Positions 29,711 through 40,000 of a DNA stretch of 64,000 nt are shown in pieces. The DNA lies in contig CAVSDR010000003.1 of NCBI GenBank assembly GCA_963726745.1, forward strand, positions 256,001 through 320,000, in the 5' to 3' direction. The notes under the pieces were generated by a model. It was not told the DNA's origin. It did no database searches and worked only from the letters and a program-made list of their open reading frames with translations. Numbering within the stretch: position 1 is the first letter of the stretch; the number at the start of each line of letters is the position of its first letter. A program made the translations under genes and the position numbers. Origin of the DNA: an uncultured Verrucomicrobiae bacterium. GTDB lineage: Bacteria; Verrucomicrobiota; Verrucomicrobiia; Chthoniobacterales; UBA10450.

Positions 29711-30853
29711 ATGCCCGCGCTCACTTTTTCTTCGCCGCTCCGGCCGGATAAAACCACTGCGATTGCCTTCGCGGCGGTCGGGCTCCTCGGGCTGGCGGAA
29801 CTGGCCGCGGTGGGCATTCACTACCTCGCGCAACGCCGGGCCGCGGCGCCGACTGCGGCCGTGGTCACGGAGGAAAACTCGCCCGCGGCCCCGCCGATCG
29901 CGGCCGATCCCGGCACGGCGGCGCCCAGCACGCCAGTCGCGGCGCCGGCGGCAATCGCCTCCACGCCGAGCAACGCCGCGCTGTCCGTCGCCGACAAGCT
30001 GCTCAAGGAAGCAGCGCAATTGCGCGAACGCGGCGATACTACCAACGCCCTCGCGCGCCTGCAGGACGCGGCCCAGCGCGATGGCAAAAACGCCAACGTG
30101 CTCGCGGAAATGGCGATGATCTACGAGTCCATCGGGCTTTTCGATCGGTCGAGCGAGACCTGGAAAAAGATCTCCGAGATCGGTCCTTCCGCCGGCGCGC
30201 TCTACGAGCTCGCACAGTTGAAACTCAAGGTCGGCGTGGCCCCGGCCAACGTCGCCGCGACCACTGCCGCCGGGCCGGGATTTGCCGGCGTTTCCCCGCT
30301 CGATGCCGGCGCCGCCCGGGTCGATCGCGAGGGCATTCCGGACGGCTCGACCTTTGGGATTACCGAGGCTGCGATCACGGAAAATCCCGACCCGGATGCG
30401 GAGACGAACCTGACCCTGCGGGTGGGCGTGAAAGTGCGCCCGAATACGCTGATCGATCACACGAAGGTGAAGATTCAGGTCTACTTCTACGACGCGCTCG
30501 ATGATAACAAGATGGCGCTGACCGATGCCGAGGTGAGCTACGAATGGATCACGCCGAACCATGACTGGAAGAACACCAACCCCGAGATCCTGGCCGTGAG
30601 TTACCTGCGGATGAAGAACGGCGCGATCTCCTCCGAGGCCGCGCTGGCCGAGGCCGCGGCCGCGGTGCGCCCACCCGTCGGCGGACGCAAGGCCACGAGC
30701 ACAAGGAAGCCATCGGCGGATTCCGCGAACCGCAAATACGCGGGCTACCAGGTGCGGGTTTATTACAACGACCAGCTCCAGGACGTGCGCGCCGAGCCGA
30801 CGAAATTGCTCAATCTTTTCCCGCCACCTCTCACCCTCACCGCCTCGCAGTAA
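29711..30853 (+). CDS. Membrane-anchored TPR-containing hypothetical protein
   Basis: TM helix, Pro/Ala linker, TPR helices, beta-rich C-domain. Confidence 0.7.
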   Translation: MPALTFSSPLRPDKTTAIAFAAVGLLGLAELAAVGIHYLAQRRAAAPTAAVVTEENSPAAPPIAADPGTAAPSTPVAAPAAIASTPSNAALSVADKLLKEAAQLRERGDTTNALARLQDAAQRDGKNANVLAEMAMIYESIGLFDRSSETWKKISEIGPSAGALYELAQLKLKVGVAPANVAATTAAGPGFAGVSPLDAGAARVDREGIPDGSTFGITEAAITENPDPDAETNLTLRVGVKVRPNTLIDHTKVKIQVYFYDALDDNKMALTDAEVSYEWITPNHDWKNTNPEILAVSYLRMKNGAISSEAALAEAAAAVRPPVGGRKATSTRKPSADSANRKYAGYQVRVYYNDQLQDVRAEPTKLLNLFPPPLTLTASQ

Positions 30854-31611
30854 TGCAATTGCTCATCGTGCACGACGATCCCGAGGTCGGCGGGCAACTG
30901 CTCCAGATGGTGAAGGATTACACCGAGCACCATTGCGGTTTTGCCGCTTCCGACGCGGCCGCGCTCGACTGGGCCCGCGGGGTCTCGCGCTGCTCGCTCC
31001 TGATCACCCAGCTGCGCGGCGAGAAAGTGGACGGCTTCTCGTTAGGCGGCGCGCTCAGCGAGATGTTTGCCGGTTTGCAGACGATGTTTCTGCCGGCCTA
31101 CGCGAGTGCGGACCGGCGGATCGATCTCTCGCAGAGCAAGGTTTTCCCGGAGCCGATCGACGGCGAGCGGCTCTTGCACGCGATCGCGCGCGCGGAGGAG
31201 CAACGCCAGACCGGACTCGATCTCTACCACGCGGTCGACGTGCTCCAAATGTGCTGCCTAAGCGGACGCGACGGCGCGCTCCAGTTTGTGAAAGGCTCGC
31301 AGACCGCGATGGTTTTCCTCAAGGCCGGCCAGATCGTCCATGCGGAACGCGGAGCCGCGCGCGATGCGGAAGCGTTGTTTGAACTCGCCGGCTGGGAAGC
31401 GGTCGAATTCGCCTATGACCAATACGTGCGCCCGCCTGCAGAGACGATCGCCGGCCGCTGGGACGAATCGCTCCTGCCCGCGGTCGCGCGCCGTAAACCT
31501 ACGGTCGTCGGCGCGGCCCCGGCCAAGCCCGCCCCTGCGCCTGCGCCTGCCGCGCCCCCGGCTCCGGCACCCGCGCCGAAGAGTCGCTGGGGTATTTTCG
31601 GCTCGCGTTAA
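30853..31611 (+). CDS. Receiver-like domain + DUF4388 (PatA-like) protein
   Basis: LLIVHDD receiver start; DVLQMCCLS...G.IVHAE DUF4388-like segment. Confidence 0.75.
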   Translation: MQLLIVHDDPEVGGQLLQMVKDYTEHHCGFAASDAAALDWARGVSRCSLLITQLRGEKVDGFSLGGALSEMFAGLQTMFLPAYASADRRIDLSQSKVFPEPIDGERLLHAIARAEEQRQTGLDLYHAVDVLQMCCLSGRDGALQFVKGSQTAMVFLKAGQIVHAERGAARDAEALFELAGWEAVEFAYDQYVRPPAETIAGRWDESLLPAVARRKPTVVGAAPAKPAPAPAPAAPPAPAPAPKSRWGIFGSR

Positions 31612-31683
31612 GCGCGCCGAAAGCGCCGGCTAAAATCGAGCCGGCCAATTCGCCGCGCGGCCCACGCTTTTTTCTCCGGCCAG

Positions 31684-32577
31684 ATGCATTACACTAACGC
31701 CCCGATGAAGTTCCTCCTCGCTTGCACCGCCGCCCTTGTGCTCTGGGCTGCGACTGCGCAGGCGCAAATCCAGGTGGACTTGAAATTCAAGCGCGTGCAA
31801 CACATCGCCTACGAGCCGGTCGTGGCCACGGTCACGATCACCAACTTCGCCGGGCGCGACATCGAGCTGCACGACGACGGCAGCCAGCGTTGGTTCGGCT
31901 TCGAAATTACCGCCGACGAGGGCCGCTTCCTCCCGCAGGACGCGCGCGCTGCGCAGCCGCCCTTGAAGATCGCCGCCGGGCAAACCGTGACCCAGAAGGT
32001 CAATCTCACGCCGCTCTTCCCGGTGCACGATCTCGGGCCCTACCACGCGAAGGCGCACGTCTATTTCGCCGATCTCGGGAAGTTCTTTTACTCCGAGACG
32101 AAGGTCTTCCAAGTGATCGATGTGCGGCCGTTTTGGCAGCGCACCGTCGGCGTGCCCGAGGGCCAGCCAGGCGCGGGCGAGATGCGCACCTATTCGCTGC
32201 TCTCGAATCGCTTCCCGAACTACACCAGCATCTACGTGCGCGTGGAGGACAAGACGAGCAACGCGGTCTACAACACCTTCTCGTTAGGCCGGGTGATCGC
32301 GGCCGATGAACCGCAGGTCGAGCTCGATGGGCAAAACCGCCTGCATGTGCTCCATTGCGCCGCGCCCCGCACCTGGAGCTACAACCAAATCGGGCCCAGT
32401 GGGGAATTGCTCGCGCATCGCACCATCCAGGAAACCAAGACCCGGCCAAAGCTGCGGCGCACCGAGACCGGCAGCGTTGCCATTCGCGGCGGCATGCTGG
32501 ACGCTCCCATGCCGTCCCAAGCCAATGCTGCCGCCAAACTCTCCGCCCGCCCGCCCGAACCTGCCGATGACGAATAA
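31684..32577 (+). CDS. Secreted hypothetical protein
   Basis: Signal peptide ending AQAQ; host-like codon usage; overlaps amidase start. Confidence 0.7.
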   Translation: MHYTNAPMKFLLACTAALVLWAATAQAQIQVDLKFKRVQHIAYEPVVATVTITNFAGRDIELHDDGSQRWFGFEITADEGRFLPQDARAAQPPLKIAAGQTVTQKVNLTPLFPVHDLGPYHAKAHVYFADLGKFFYSETKVFQVIDVRPFWQRTVGVPEGQPGAGEMRTYSLLSNRFPNYTSIYVRVEDKTSNAVYNTFSLGRVIAADEPQVELDGQNRLHVLHCAAPRTWSYNQIGPSGELLAHRTIQETKTRPKLRRTETGSVAIRGGMLDAPMPSQANAAAKLSARPPEPADDE

Positions 32578-33433
32578 ATCCGCCCCGCGCTTCCGCTTCC
32601 GTGCGCTGGGCTGGTTCGTCCTGCTCCTCGCCCTTTTCACCGCGCAGACCGCCCCGGCCCAGTCGCGCACGATCGTGATCGATGCCGGCCACGGCGGCTT
32701 CGATCGCGGCGGCGTGCCCTACCAGCGGATCGGCGAAAAAAATCTTACCCTCGACGTGGCTCAGCGGCTCGCGCGAATCATGCGCTCCGCCGGTTACCGC
32801 GTGATCATGACGCGCGACAGCGACGTCTTCATTCCGCTCGGCCAGCGCGTCGCCATCGCCAATCGCTACCGCGGCGCCATCTTCGTCTCGGTGCACTTCA
32901 ACTCCGCCTCGCGCTCCGGGGCTAACGGCATCGAGACTTATTACTACCGGAGCGACGCTGCCAGCCTGGCGGCTAATATTCACCGCAACGTCGTCGCGGG
33001 CGCGCCCTCGGAGAATCGCGGGATTCGCCGGCGCGGTTACTACGTGCTCCGGCGGACGAATATTCCCGGCGTGCTGGTCGAGTGCGGCTTCCTGACCAAT
33101 CCCACCGAGGGCCGCTACGCGCTCGACTCGAACTACCGCGAAAAGCTCGCGCAAAACATCGCCCGCGGCATCCAGCGCCAGCCGCCGCCATTCCTCCGCC
33201 CGATGTCGCGTTCCAGCGCGGCTTCGCCGGAAGTGCTCCCGCAGCCCTTCAATGGCCCCGATTTCGTCCGCGCCGCGCCGCGCAGCAGCAAGGCCTCCTC
33301 CAGTCGCAAGGGGAAGGCTTCGCGCAAGAGCAGCAGCAAGAGCAAGGCGTCGAAGAAAAAATCCTCCAAGTCTTCAAAGAAGAAAAAGAGCAGCAGCGGC
33401 AGCTCGAAGAAGAAAAAGAAGAAGTCGGGTTGA
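32567..33433 (+). CDS. N-acetylmuramoyl-L-alanine amidase (Amidase_3) with K/S-rich tail
   Basis: IDAGHGG, EK..TL, FVSVHFN, LVECGFLTN. Confidence 0.92.
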   Translation: MTNKSAPRFRFRALGWFVLLLALFTAQTAPAQSRTIVIDAGHGGFDRGGVPYQRIGEKNLTLDVAQRLARIMRSAGYRVIMTRDSDVFIPLGQRVAIANRYRGAIFVSVHFNSASRSGANGIETYYYRSDAASLAANIHRNVVAGAPSENRGIRRRGYYVLRRTNIPGVLVECGFLTNPTEGRYALDSNYREKLAQNIARGIQRQPPPFLRPMSRSSAASPEVLPQPFNGPDFVRAAPRSSKASSSRKGKASRKSSSKSKASKKKSSKSSKKKKSSSGSSKKKKKKSG

Positions 33434-33434
33434 G

Positions 33435-34884
33435 GTGGAAACGCGCGTGGTGAGTGTCGCCGGGATGCGGGCCGCGGAAGAAGCCGCCTTCGCCCGCGGG
33501 CACACCCCGGAAGCGCTCATGGACCAGGCCGCGGCGGGCATCGCGCGCGCCGTCCGTTCCTTCTTCCCCGCGCCCGGTCATTGCGTGGTTTTCGCCGGGA
33601 AAGGCAACAATGCGGGCGACGCCTTGGTCGCCGGGCAGCTTCTGCACGCCGCCGGCTGGAGCCTCGAGCTCCGGCTCTGCTTTCCCGAGAACTCGTTAGG
33701 CGATCTCGCGCGCCGGAAGTTGCTGTCTAATTCCCCGGGCCCGCGCGTCGGCGGACCGGTGGTGATCCTCGATGGCCTGCTCGGGCTCGGGGCGCGGCTG
33801 CCGTTGCGCGAGCCGATTCTCTCCGCCTGCCGCGCGCTCAACGCCCTGCGCACCGCAGCCCGCGCCTTCGTGGTCGCGATCGATTTGCCCACCGGGCTTG
33901 ATGGCGAGACCGGGGAGGCGGCCGAGGACTGCGTGGTGGCCGACCTCACCGTCACGCTCGGCGCGGCCAAGCGCGGCCTGCTCGCAGACGAGGCGCTCCA
34001 TTACGTCGGACGGCTGGAGGTGGTCGCGCTGCCGGCACGTGGAATTCGAGGGCGCCGCCGAGGAAACTGTCGCCACTGCGGAGTCGTTAGGCGGCATTCT
34101 CACGCGGCGCGCTTTTGGCGCCTACAAGAACCAGTTTGGGCGCGTCGGCGTGGTCGCCGGGTCGCGCGGGCTCACCGGCGCGGCCGTCCTTTGCGCCAGC
34201 GGCGCGCTTCGGGGGGGCGCCGGCTTGGTGGAACTTTTCGCGCTCGAGGAAATCTATCCGACGCTGGCCGCCGCGGCGCCGCCGGAGGTGATGGTGAAAC
34301 CGGTAAAGGATTATCGCTCGTTAGGCGACGAGGCGGTCGACGTCTGGGCGATCGGCCCCGGCCTCGGGAAAAGAGACGACCTCCTCGACCTGATCGAGCG
34401 CGCGCCCCAGCCAATGGTGCTCGATGCCGATGGCTTGAACCTCTTCGCCGGCCAGCTCGACTTGCTGGCTACTTCTCGCGGGCCGCGCCTGCTCACGCCG
34501 CACCCCGGCGAGATGCAGCGCCTCCAGCCGACGGAAAATCTCGGGCGCGCCGCGCAGGCTCGCCGTTTCCTCGAGAAAGTAGACAGCACTTTGTTGCTCA
34601 AAGGCAGCCGCACGATCGTGGCCGCGCGCGGCCGGCCGCTGAGCTACAACAGCACCGGCCACCCAGGCATGGCCACCGGCGGGATGGGCGATGTCCTCAC
34701 CGGCGTGTGCGCGGCCTTGCTCGCGCAAAAGCTCTCGCCCTACGACGCCGCGCGACTCGGCGCGTGGGTTTGCGGCCGGGCCGCGGAGCTGGCGATTTTC
34801 CAGGGCCACGCGAGCGCGCAATCGTTTCTCCCGACGGATCTGCTGGCCCATCTCGGCCGCGCTTTTCGCGAAGTCGCCGGCTAA
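33435..34884 (+). CDS. nnr: Bifunctional NAD(P)H-hydrate epimerase/dehydratase, frameshift near 34035
   Basis: GKGNNAGD, DGLLG.G, AIDLPTG in first frame; GAGLV, DADGLN, TPHPGE, ATGGMGDVLTG in second. Confidence 0.9.
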
Positions 34885-36914
34885 TTTTCCGGACGCGCGA
34901 GCAATTTCGCAAAGCGCGGATGGCTCCGCAGCTCGTCCCATTCCCAGCGGAATTTCAGGTCGCTCACGGTCACGCTGTAGTCCACGCTGTCGACGGCGCC
35001 GGGCATGTCGATCAGTTGCTCGAGCAAATCGAGCGCGTGCTCGTTTTCGCCCACGCGCGCATAGATGAGCGCGAGCGAGCAAAGCATGAGCGCGCCGTCA
35101 AAGGCATCCTTCGAGAGCGGCTTCAGCTCGACTGCGCGCCGCCCGCTGCGGATGGCCTCGTCGTGCCGCCCGAGGAACGCCTGCACCATCCCGAGGTTCG
35201 CATGCCGCGCGGCCACCTCCGGCGCTTCCTCGACCGCTTTCTGGAAAAAGATCCGCGCTTCCTCGAGCGGCCCCGCGGCCGCCGCGGTGTCGCCGCGCGC
35301 GAGCGCGATGCAGCCGCGAAAGAAGCTCACCGGCGTGAGGCTGCCATTCGCGTAGGAAATTTCCCCGAGCGCGGTCGCGTCGATTACCTTGGTGGCGCCG
35401 GCAAAATTACGCTGCAACATCTGCGCCTCCCAGCGCGCGGAGGTGACGACGCCATCAGGATCAATGCCCGCAGGAATGGCATTGGCCTCTCGCTGCAGCG
35501 ACCCGATTTCGCCCTTCCACCAGAACTGGATGTAAGCGCTCTGGATCACGGCCACGATCGATTCCGGGGCCAGCCGGCGCAGCCGTTCGGCCGCCTTGGC
35601 CGCGCCCGCCCAGCGCCGCAGGGCGGTGTTGGTGAACATGAGATTGCGCACGTTGTTCGGGTTGCGCGGGTCGAGCTTCTCGATGCTCTCGTAGGCCGCG
35701 AGCGCGCGCTCGAACTGCCCCTGCCGCCGAAGAATCGCGGCCACGAGCACGCCGATGCTGGTGTCGTTAGGCAGGAGTTGCTGCGCCAGCGCGAGCTCGC
35801 CCAGGGCCTTGTCGTAATCCTGGTGCATCCAGTAAAGGCATTGCGCGCGGGCGAAGTGCGCCTCGCCCAGGTTTGGCTGCAACTCGAGCGCGAGCGCGGC
35901 CTCTTTTTCCGCGAGCTCGCGCCATTGGTCGAGCGGCTCGTGGAAATGGAAAATCGCCGCCGCGGTCGAGGCCAGGCGCGCGTGGGCCAGGGCAAACTCC
36001 GGGTCGAGCGCGATCGCGCGGCGGTAGAGCTCCTCCGCCCGGCGATAGTCCTGCAGAAGCGTATCCGGCCCTTGCTCGTAGGGCAGGGCGCGCAGGTAAA
36101 GATCGTAGGCCTCGGCGTTGTCCGTCGGCTGGCGGACGACGCGCTCCTTTTCGTCCGCGGTCAAGGTCACGCGCAGGGCCTCGGCGATCTTGCTGGCTAA
36201 TTCGCCCTCGATCCCTAACGAGTCCGCGAGGGTGCGGTTGTAACGATTTGCCCAGAGATGGCGCCCGCGCCGGGTATCGATCAACTGCGCGTTCACGACC
36301 ACGCGATCGCCCGAGCGGCGGACGCTGCCTTCGAGAATATTGACCACGCCCAGGGCTCCCGCGATTTCCCGGAGGTCGCGCTGGCCCTCGGTGCCTTTGT
36401 AGGCCTTCACGCTCGTGCGGCTGATCACGCGCAGGTCTTTGATCCGCGCGAGATTGGTCAGCAAATCCTCCTGCAGCCCGTCGGCAAAAAAGGCGTTCGC
36501 CTTGTCTTCGCTCAGGTTTTCGAAGGGCAGGACGGCGATGCTTTTCTCGTGCGGCGCGCGCGGGCGAAAGCGATCGAAGAGCAGGAGCGCGACCGCGAGC
36601 GTGAGCACCGCGATGATCGCAAAGTCGAGCTTTCGTCCGAAGGCGCGCCGCCGTTGGATCGGCTGCAGCGGCACATCCTCGGTGCGCACGAGGCCTTCCG
36701 GCGTGAGCTCAAAAGCCCAGGCCAGGATGAGAGCCACGGGAAACCCGGCCACCAGCAGGACGATGATCGTGCGCACCGCCCAGCTGGAGACGTCGAAAAA
36801 CGGGAAGACCTGCGTGACCACCTGGATGAGCACCCAGGCGGCGGCCACGTAGCCCACGGCGGCACGGTAGACATTGCGGCGGCGGAGTTCGGCGAGGAAT
36901 TTGGGGAGATTCAC
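34881..36914 (-). CDS. TolB-like/FlgO-type + TPR membrane protein
   Basis: ELRRRNVYR, three TM helices, KSIAVLPFENLS, EGSVRR, TPR repeats. Confidence 0.85.
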   Translation of the reverse strand: MNLPKFLAELRRRNVYRAAVGYVAAAWVLIQVVTQVFPFFDVSSWAVRTIIVLLVAGFPVALILAWAFELTPEGLVRTEDVPLQPIQRRRAFGRKLDFAIIAVLTLAVALLLFDRFRPRAPHEKSIAVLPFENLSEDKANAFFADGLQEDLLTNLARIKDLRVISRTSVKAYKGTEGQRDLREIAGALGVVNILEGSVRRSGDRVVVNAQLIDTRRGRHLWANRYNRTLADSLGIEGELASKIAEALRVTLTADEKERVVRQPTDNAEAYDLYLRALPYEQGPDTLLQDYRRAEELYRRAIALDPEFALAHARLASTAAAIFHFHEPLDQWRELAEKEAALALELQPNLGEAHFARAQCLYWMHQDYDKALGELALAQQLLPNDTSIGVLVAAILRRQGQFERALAAYESIEKLDPRNPNNVRNLMFTNTALRRWAGAAKAAERLRRLAPESIVAVIQSAYIQFWWKGEIGSLQREANAIPAGIDPDGVVTSARWEAQMLQRNFAGATKVIDATALGEISYANGSLTPVSFFRGCIALARGDTAAAAGPLEEARIFFQKAVEEAPEVAARHANLGMVQAFLGRHDEAIRSGRRAVELKPLSKDAFDGALMLCSLALIYARVGENEHALDLLEQLIDMPGAVDSVDYSVTVSDLKFRWEWDELRSHPRFAKLLARPEN

Positions 36915-37016
36915 AGCGGCGCGTCTGGGGAAGAGTAGCCGAAGGGTCAAGCCGTGCAGGTGCTTTCGCGGAAATGACTTCTCGCTGGCGGCGCGGCGAA
37001 TTAGCATGCGCGGCCA

Positions 37017-40000
37017 TGGCCGGTAAGCTCATCGTTCTTGCCGGCTGCATCCTGGCTGGCTTCGCGGCCACGCCGCCGGCTCGCGCGGAAATAGACAGCG
37101 CCCTGACCGCTTCCGTCTGGCAGATGAAATTCGGCCTGACCGCGGCGCAGGTGAACGATCCGGCGTGGCTGGCACAGGACAGCGACGGTGACGGCCTAAC
37201 GAATGGTGCGGAACTGATCGCGGGCACGGATCCGTTGGCGGCCAATTCCGGTTTGGCGAACAAGAACACGAGTGCCGCGGGCGGAGCGTTCTCCGTGAGC
37301 GTGCCGACGGTTGCGGGCAAGCTTTACCACCTCGAGTGGAGCCGGGAAGCCAACGGCGCCGGCGGCTGGATGGCCTTGGCGCCGCCGGTGCAGACGCTCG
37401 GCAACGGCAGCGTGCAAACTCTGGCCGCACCGCAAGCCGCCGACGCCTTTTATCGCGTGGTCGTGGAGGAGATCGACAGCGACGCCGATGGCGTGAGCGA
37501 TTGGGCGGAAATCGTGACCGGCTTCGATCCGCACAATACGCACACCGACGGCGCGACCACGGACGACCACACCGCGCTCACAGGCCAGCTGGCGAACGAA
37601 AACGTGGTCACGCTCGTGGCCACCGATCCGAGCGTGCAGCAACCGCCCGACGCCGCGACCCCGCCCGCGAGCAACGGCTCGATCACGCTCCGGCGCGGCG
37701 GCACCTTGCACTTCAGCACCGTGACCGTGGCTCTGACGCACAGCGGCACGGCTGACGGAGGGGACGGATTACCTGCCGCTGCCGGGCTCGGTGACTTTCG
37801 CGCCCAAGGTCAGCTCGATCAAAGTCCCGGTGATCCCGCTGGCTAATCCCGTGCGCCGGAGCAACGCCACCGTGACTTTGCAAGCAATGCCCGGCGGCGG
37901 CTACGTAGTCGGCGCACCGGCGGCCGCGAGTGTGGTCCTCCAGCCCGCGGGCACCCCCAGCGGCAGCGGCTTGACCGGCTCCTATTATAACTCCAGCTCG
38001 AGCGCGATCGGCGCCGGTTACAGCCCGAATCTCTTCCTCGCGGCCAACCTGAAAGCGACCCGGCTCGACCCGACGGTGGATTTCAATTTCAGCACCGCCG
38101 GCGTTTTGCCCACGGGCGTGAACACGACCTACTTCGTGGTTCGCTGGCTCGGCCAGGTGCAGCCGCAATACTCCGAGACCTACTACTTCAATACCCGCAC
38201 CGACGACGGAGTGAAGCTTTGGGTGAATGGCCAGTTGATCATCGATCGCTGGGTCAACCAGGGCGCGACCGACTGGGTGGGCGCGATCGATCTCCAGGCC
38301 GGCGTGCTCTACGACATCCGGATGGAATATTACCAGTCCACCAGCAGCCGCGAGGCGCACCTGAATTGGTATAGCGAGAGCCAGGTGAAGCAGATCATCC
38401 CGGCGGCCCGGCTTTATCCCGCGACCGCCACCGCCGCGCCGCCTTCCCTCACCGGCAGCCTGAAAGCGGTCGGCTTCCGCGGGCAGCCGTTTAGCTACAC
38501 GGTGAGCGCGAGCAACTCCGCGAATTTGCCGACTACTTTCACCCTCGGCGCGGGGAGCGGCGCGTTGCCGCCAGGGTTGAGCTTGAATCCCGGGAGCGGC
38601 GTGATCAGTGGCACGCCCACGCAAGCGGGCGCCTTTCAGGTGGCGCTGGTGGCCACGAACGCGCTCGGCCTCGGCAGTTCCGTGCTCGAGCTGCAAATCC
38701 TCGACCCGGGCAACGCGGTCACGCGCGAGCTTTGGACCACCGGCGTGACCGGGCCGGAGCTGCGCGACATCCCGCTGGCTAATCCGCCGGGCAGCATCGA
38801 CCAGTCGTTAGTCACGCTCGAAGATAACGCCGTCTATCCCGACAACACCGCCGAGCGGCTGCGCGGTTACTTCACTGCGCCCACCACCGGGAACTACTAT
38901 TTCTGGCTGGCGGCGAGCAACACCGCCGAGCTCTGGATTTCGAACAACCGCGAGCCGGTGAACAAAGTGCGCCGCGCTTCCGTGGCCGCGCCGGGCACAA
39001 GCCCAGGCGTTTGGGACGCGCAGCCCGCGCAGAAATCTCCCTGGCTCGCGCTCGTCGCCGGGGAGCGCTACTACTTCGAGGTGCTGCAAAACAAAGGCAG
39101 CGGCACGCCGAACGATCACCTCGCGGTCGCCTGGTTCCTCGATCCCACCGGCACGCTCGACCAACCGATTGCGAACGGCACCAGCGTGGTCCCCGGCTAC
39201 CTGCTTTCGCCCTACGATTACCCGGCGACCGCAACCGCCAGCGGCACGCTCTACGCCACCAACATGGCCCCGCAAGGCCTTGCCCTAACGACCGCGGTCG
39301 GCTCGGCCAATCTCCGGCTCAATGCCGATCACACCCAGGCGATCCTGCATTTCCAATACAGCGGTCTCGGCTCGCCGCGCACCGGTTACCACGTCCACGT
39401 CGGAAGCCTTCGGCACGCACCCCAGCCAGATCATTCTCGACCTCGACGACATCGATAAATTTCACCCCGAACTTCGAACCGCGGATGGTGGTTACCTTTG
39501 GAACATCGAGGCCACCGGCACCCTCAGCGCGGCCGAGATCGTGAGCGCGATCCAGCAGGGCAAGGCCTACATCAATATTCATTCGGTGAACTATCCGGCC
39601 GGCGAGATCCGGGGAAATTTCAGCCTCGTCCAAGGCTCGCAGACTCCGCCAATGCCGCAGCCGGATCCGGGTTACGATCCGGCCAGCGCCAGCACCGATG
39701 CGGGCGCGGCGCGCTTCCTGAACCAGGCGACTTTCGGCGCCAGCCCGGCGGACATCGCCGCGGTCAAGGCCCTCGGATTTGACGGTTGGCTCACGAGCCA
39801 GTTCGCGCAACCGGCGACCCATCTCCTGCCCGAGGTGCTGGCTAAAATCACCGCCGACCCGACAAATCTTTACCCGAGCACGCTCACCTTTAATGCCTGG
39901 TGGCGCCGTGCCGTGACTGCGCCCGATCAGCTCCGCCAGCGCGTCGCTTTCGCCCTGAGCGAAATCCTCGTGGTCTCCGATACCGGCACGCTGAACAACA

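Noticed and set aside
33252..36200. 982-aa ORF suggesting an Nnr fusion
   Set aside because: Nnr N-terminal half followed by out-of-frame and antisense read-through caused by the indel near 34035.
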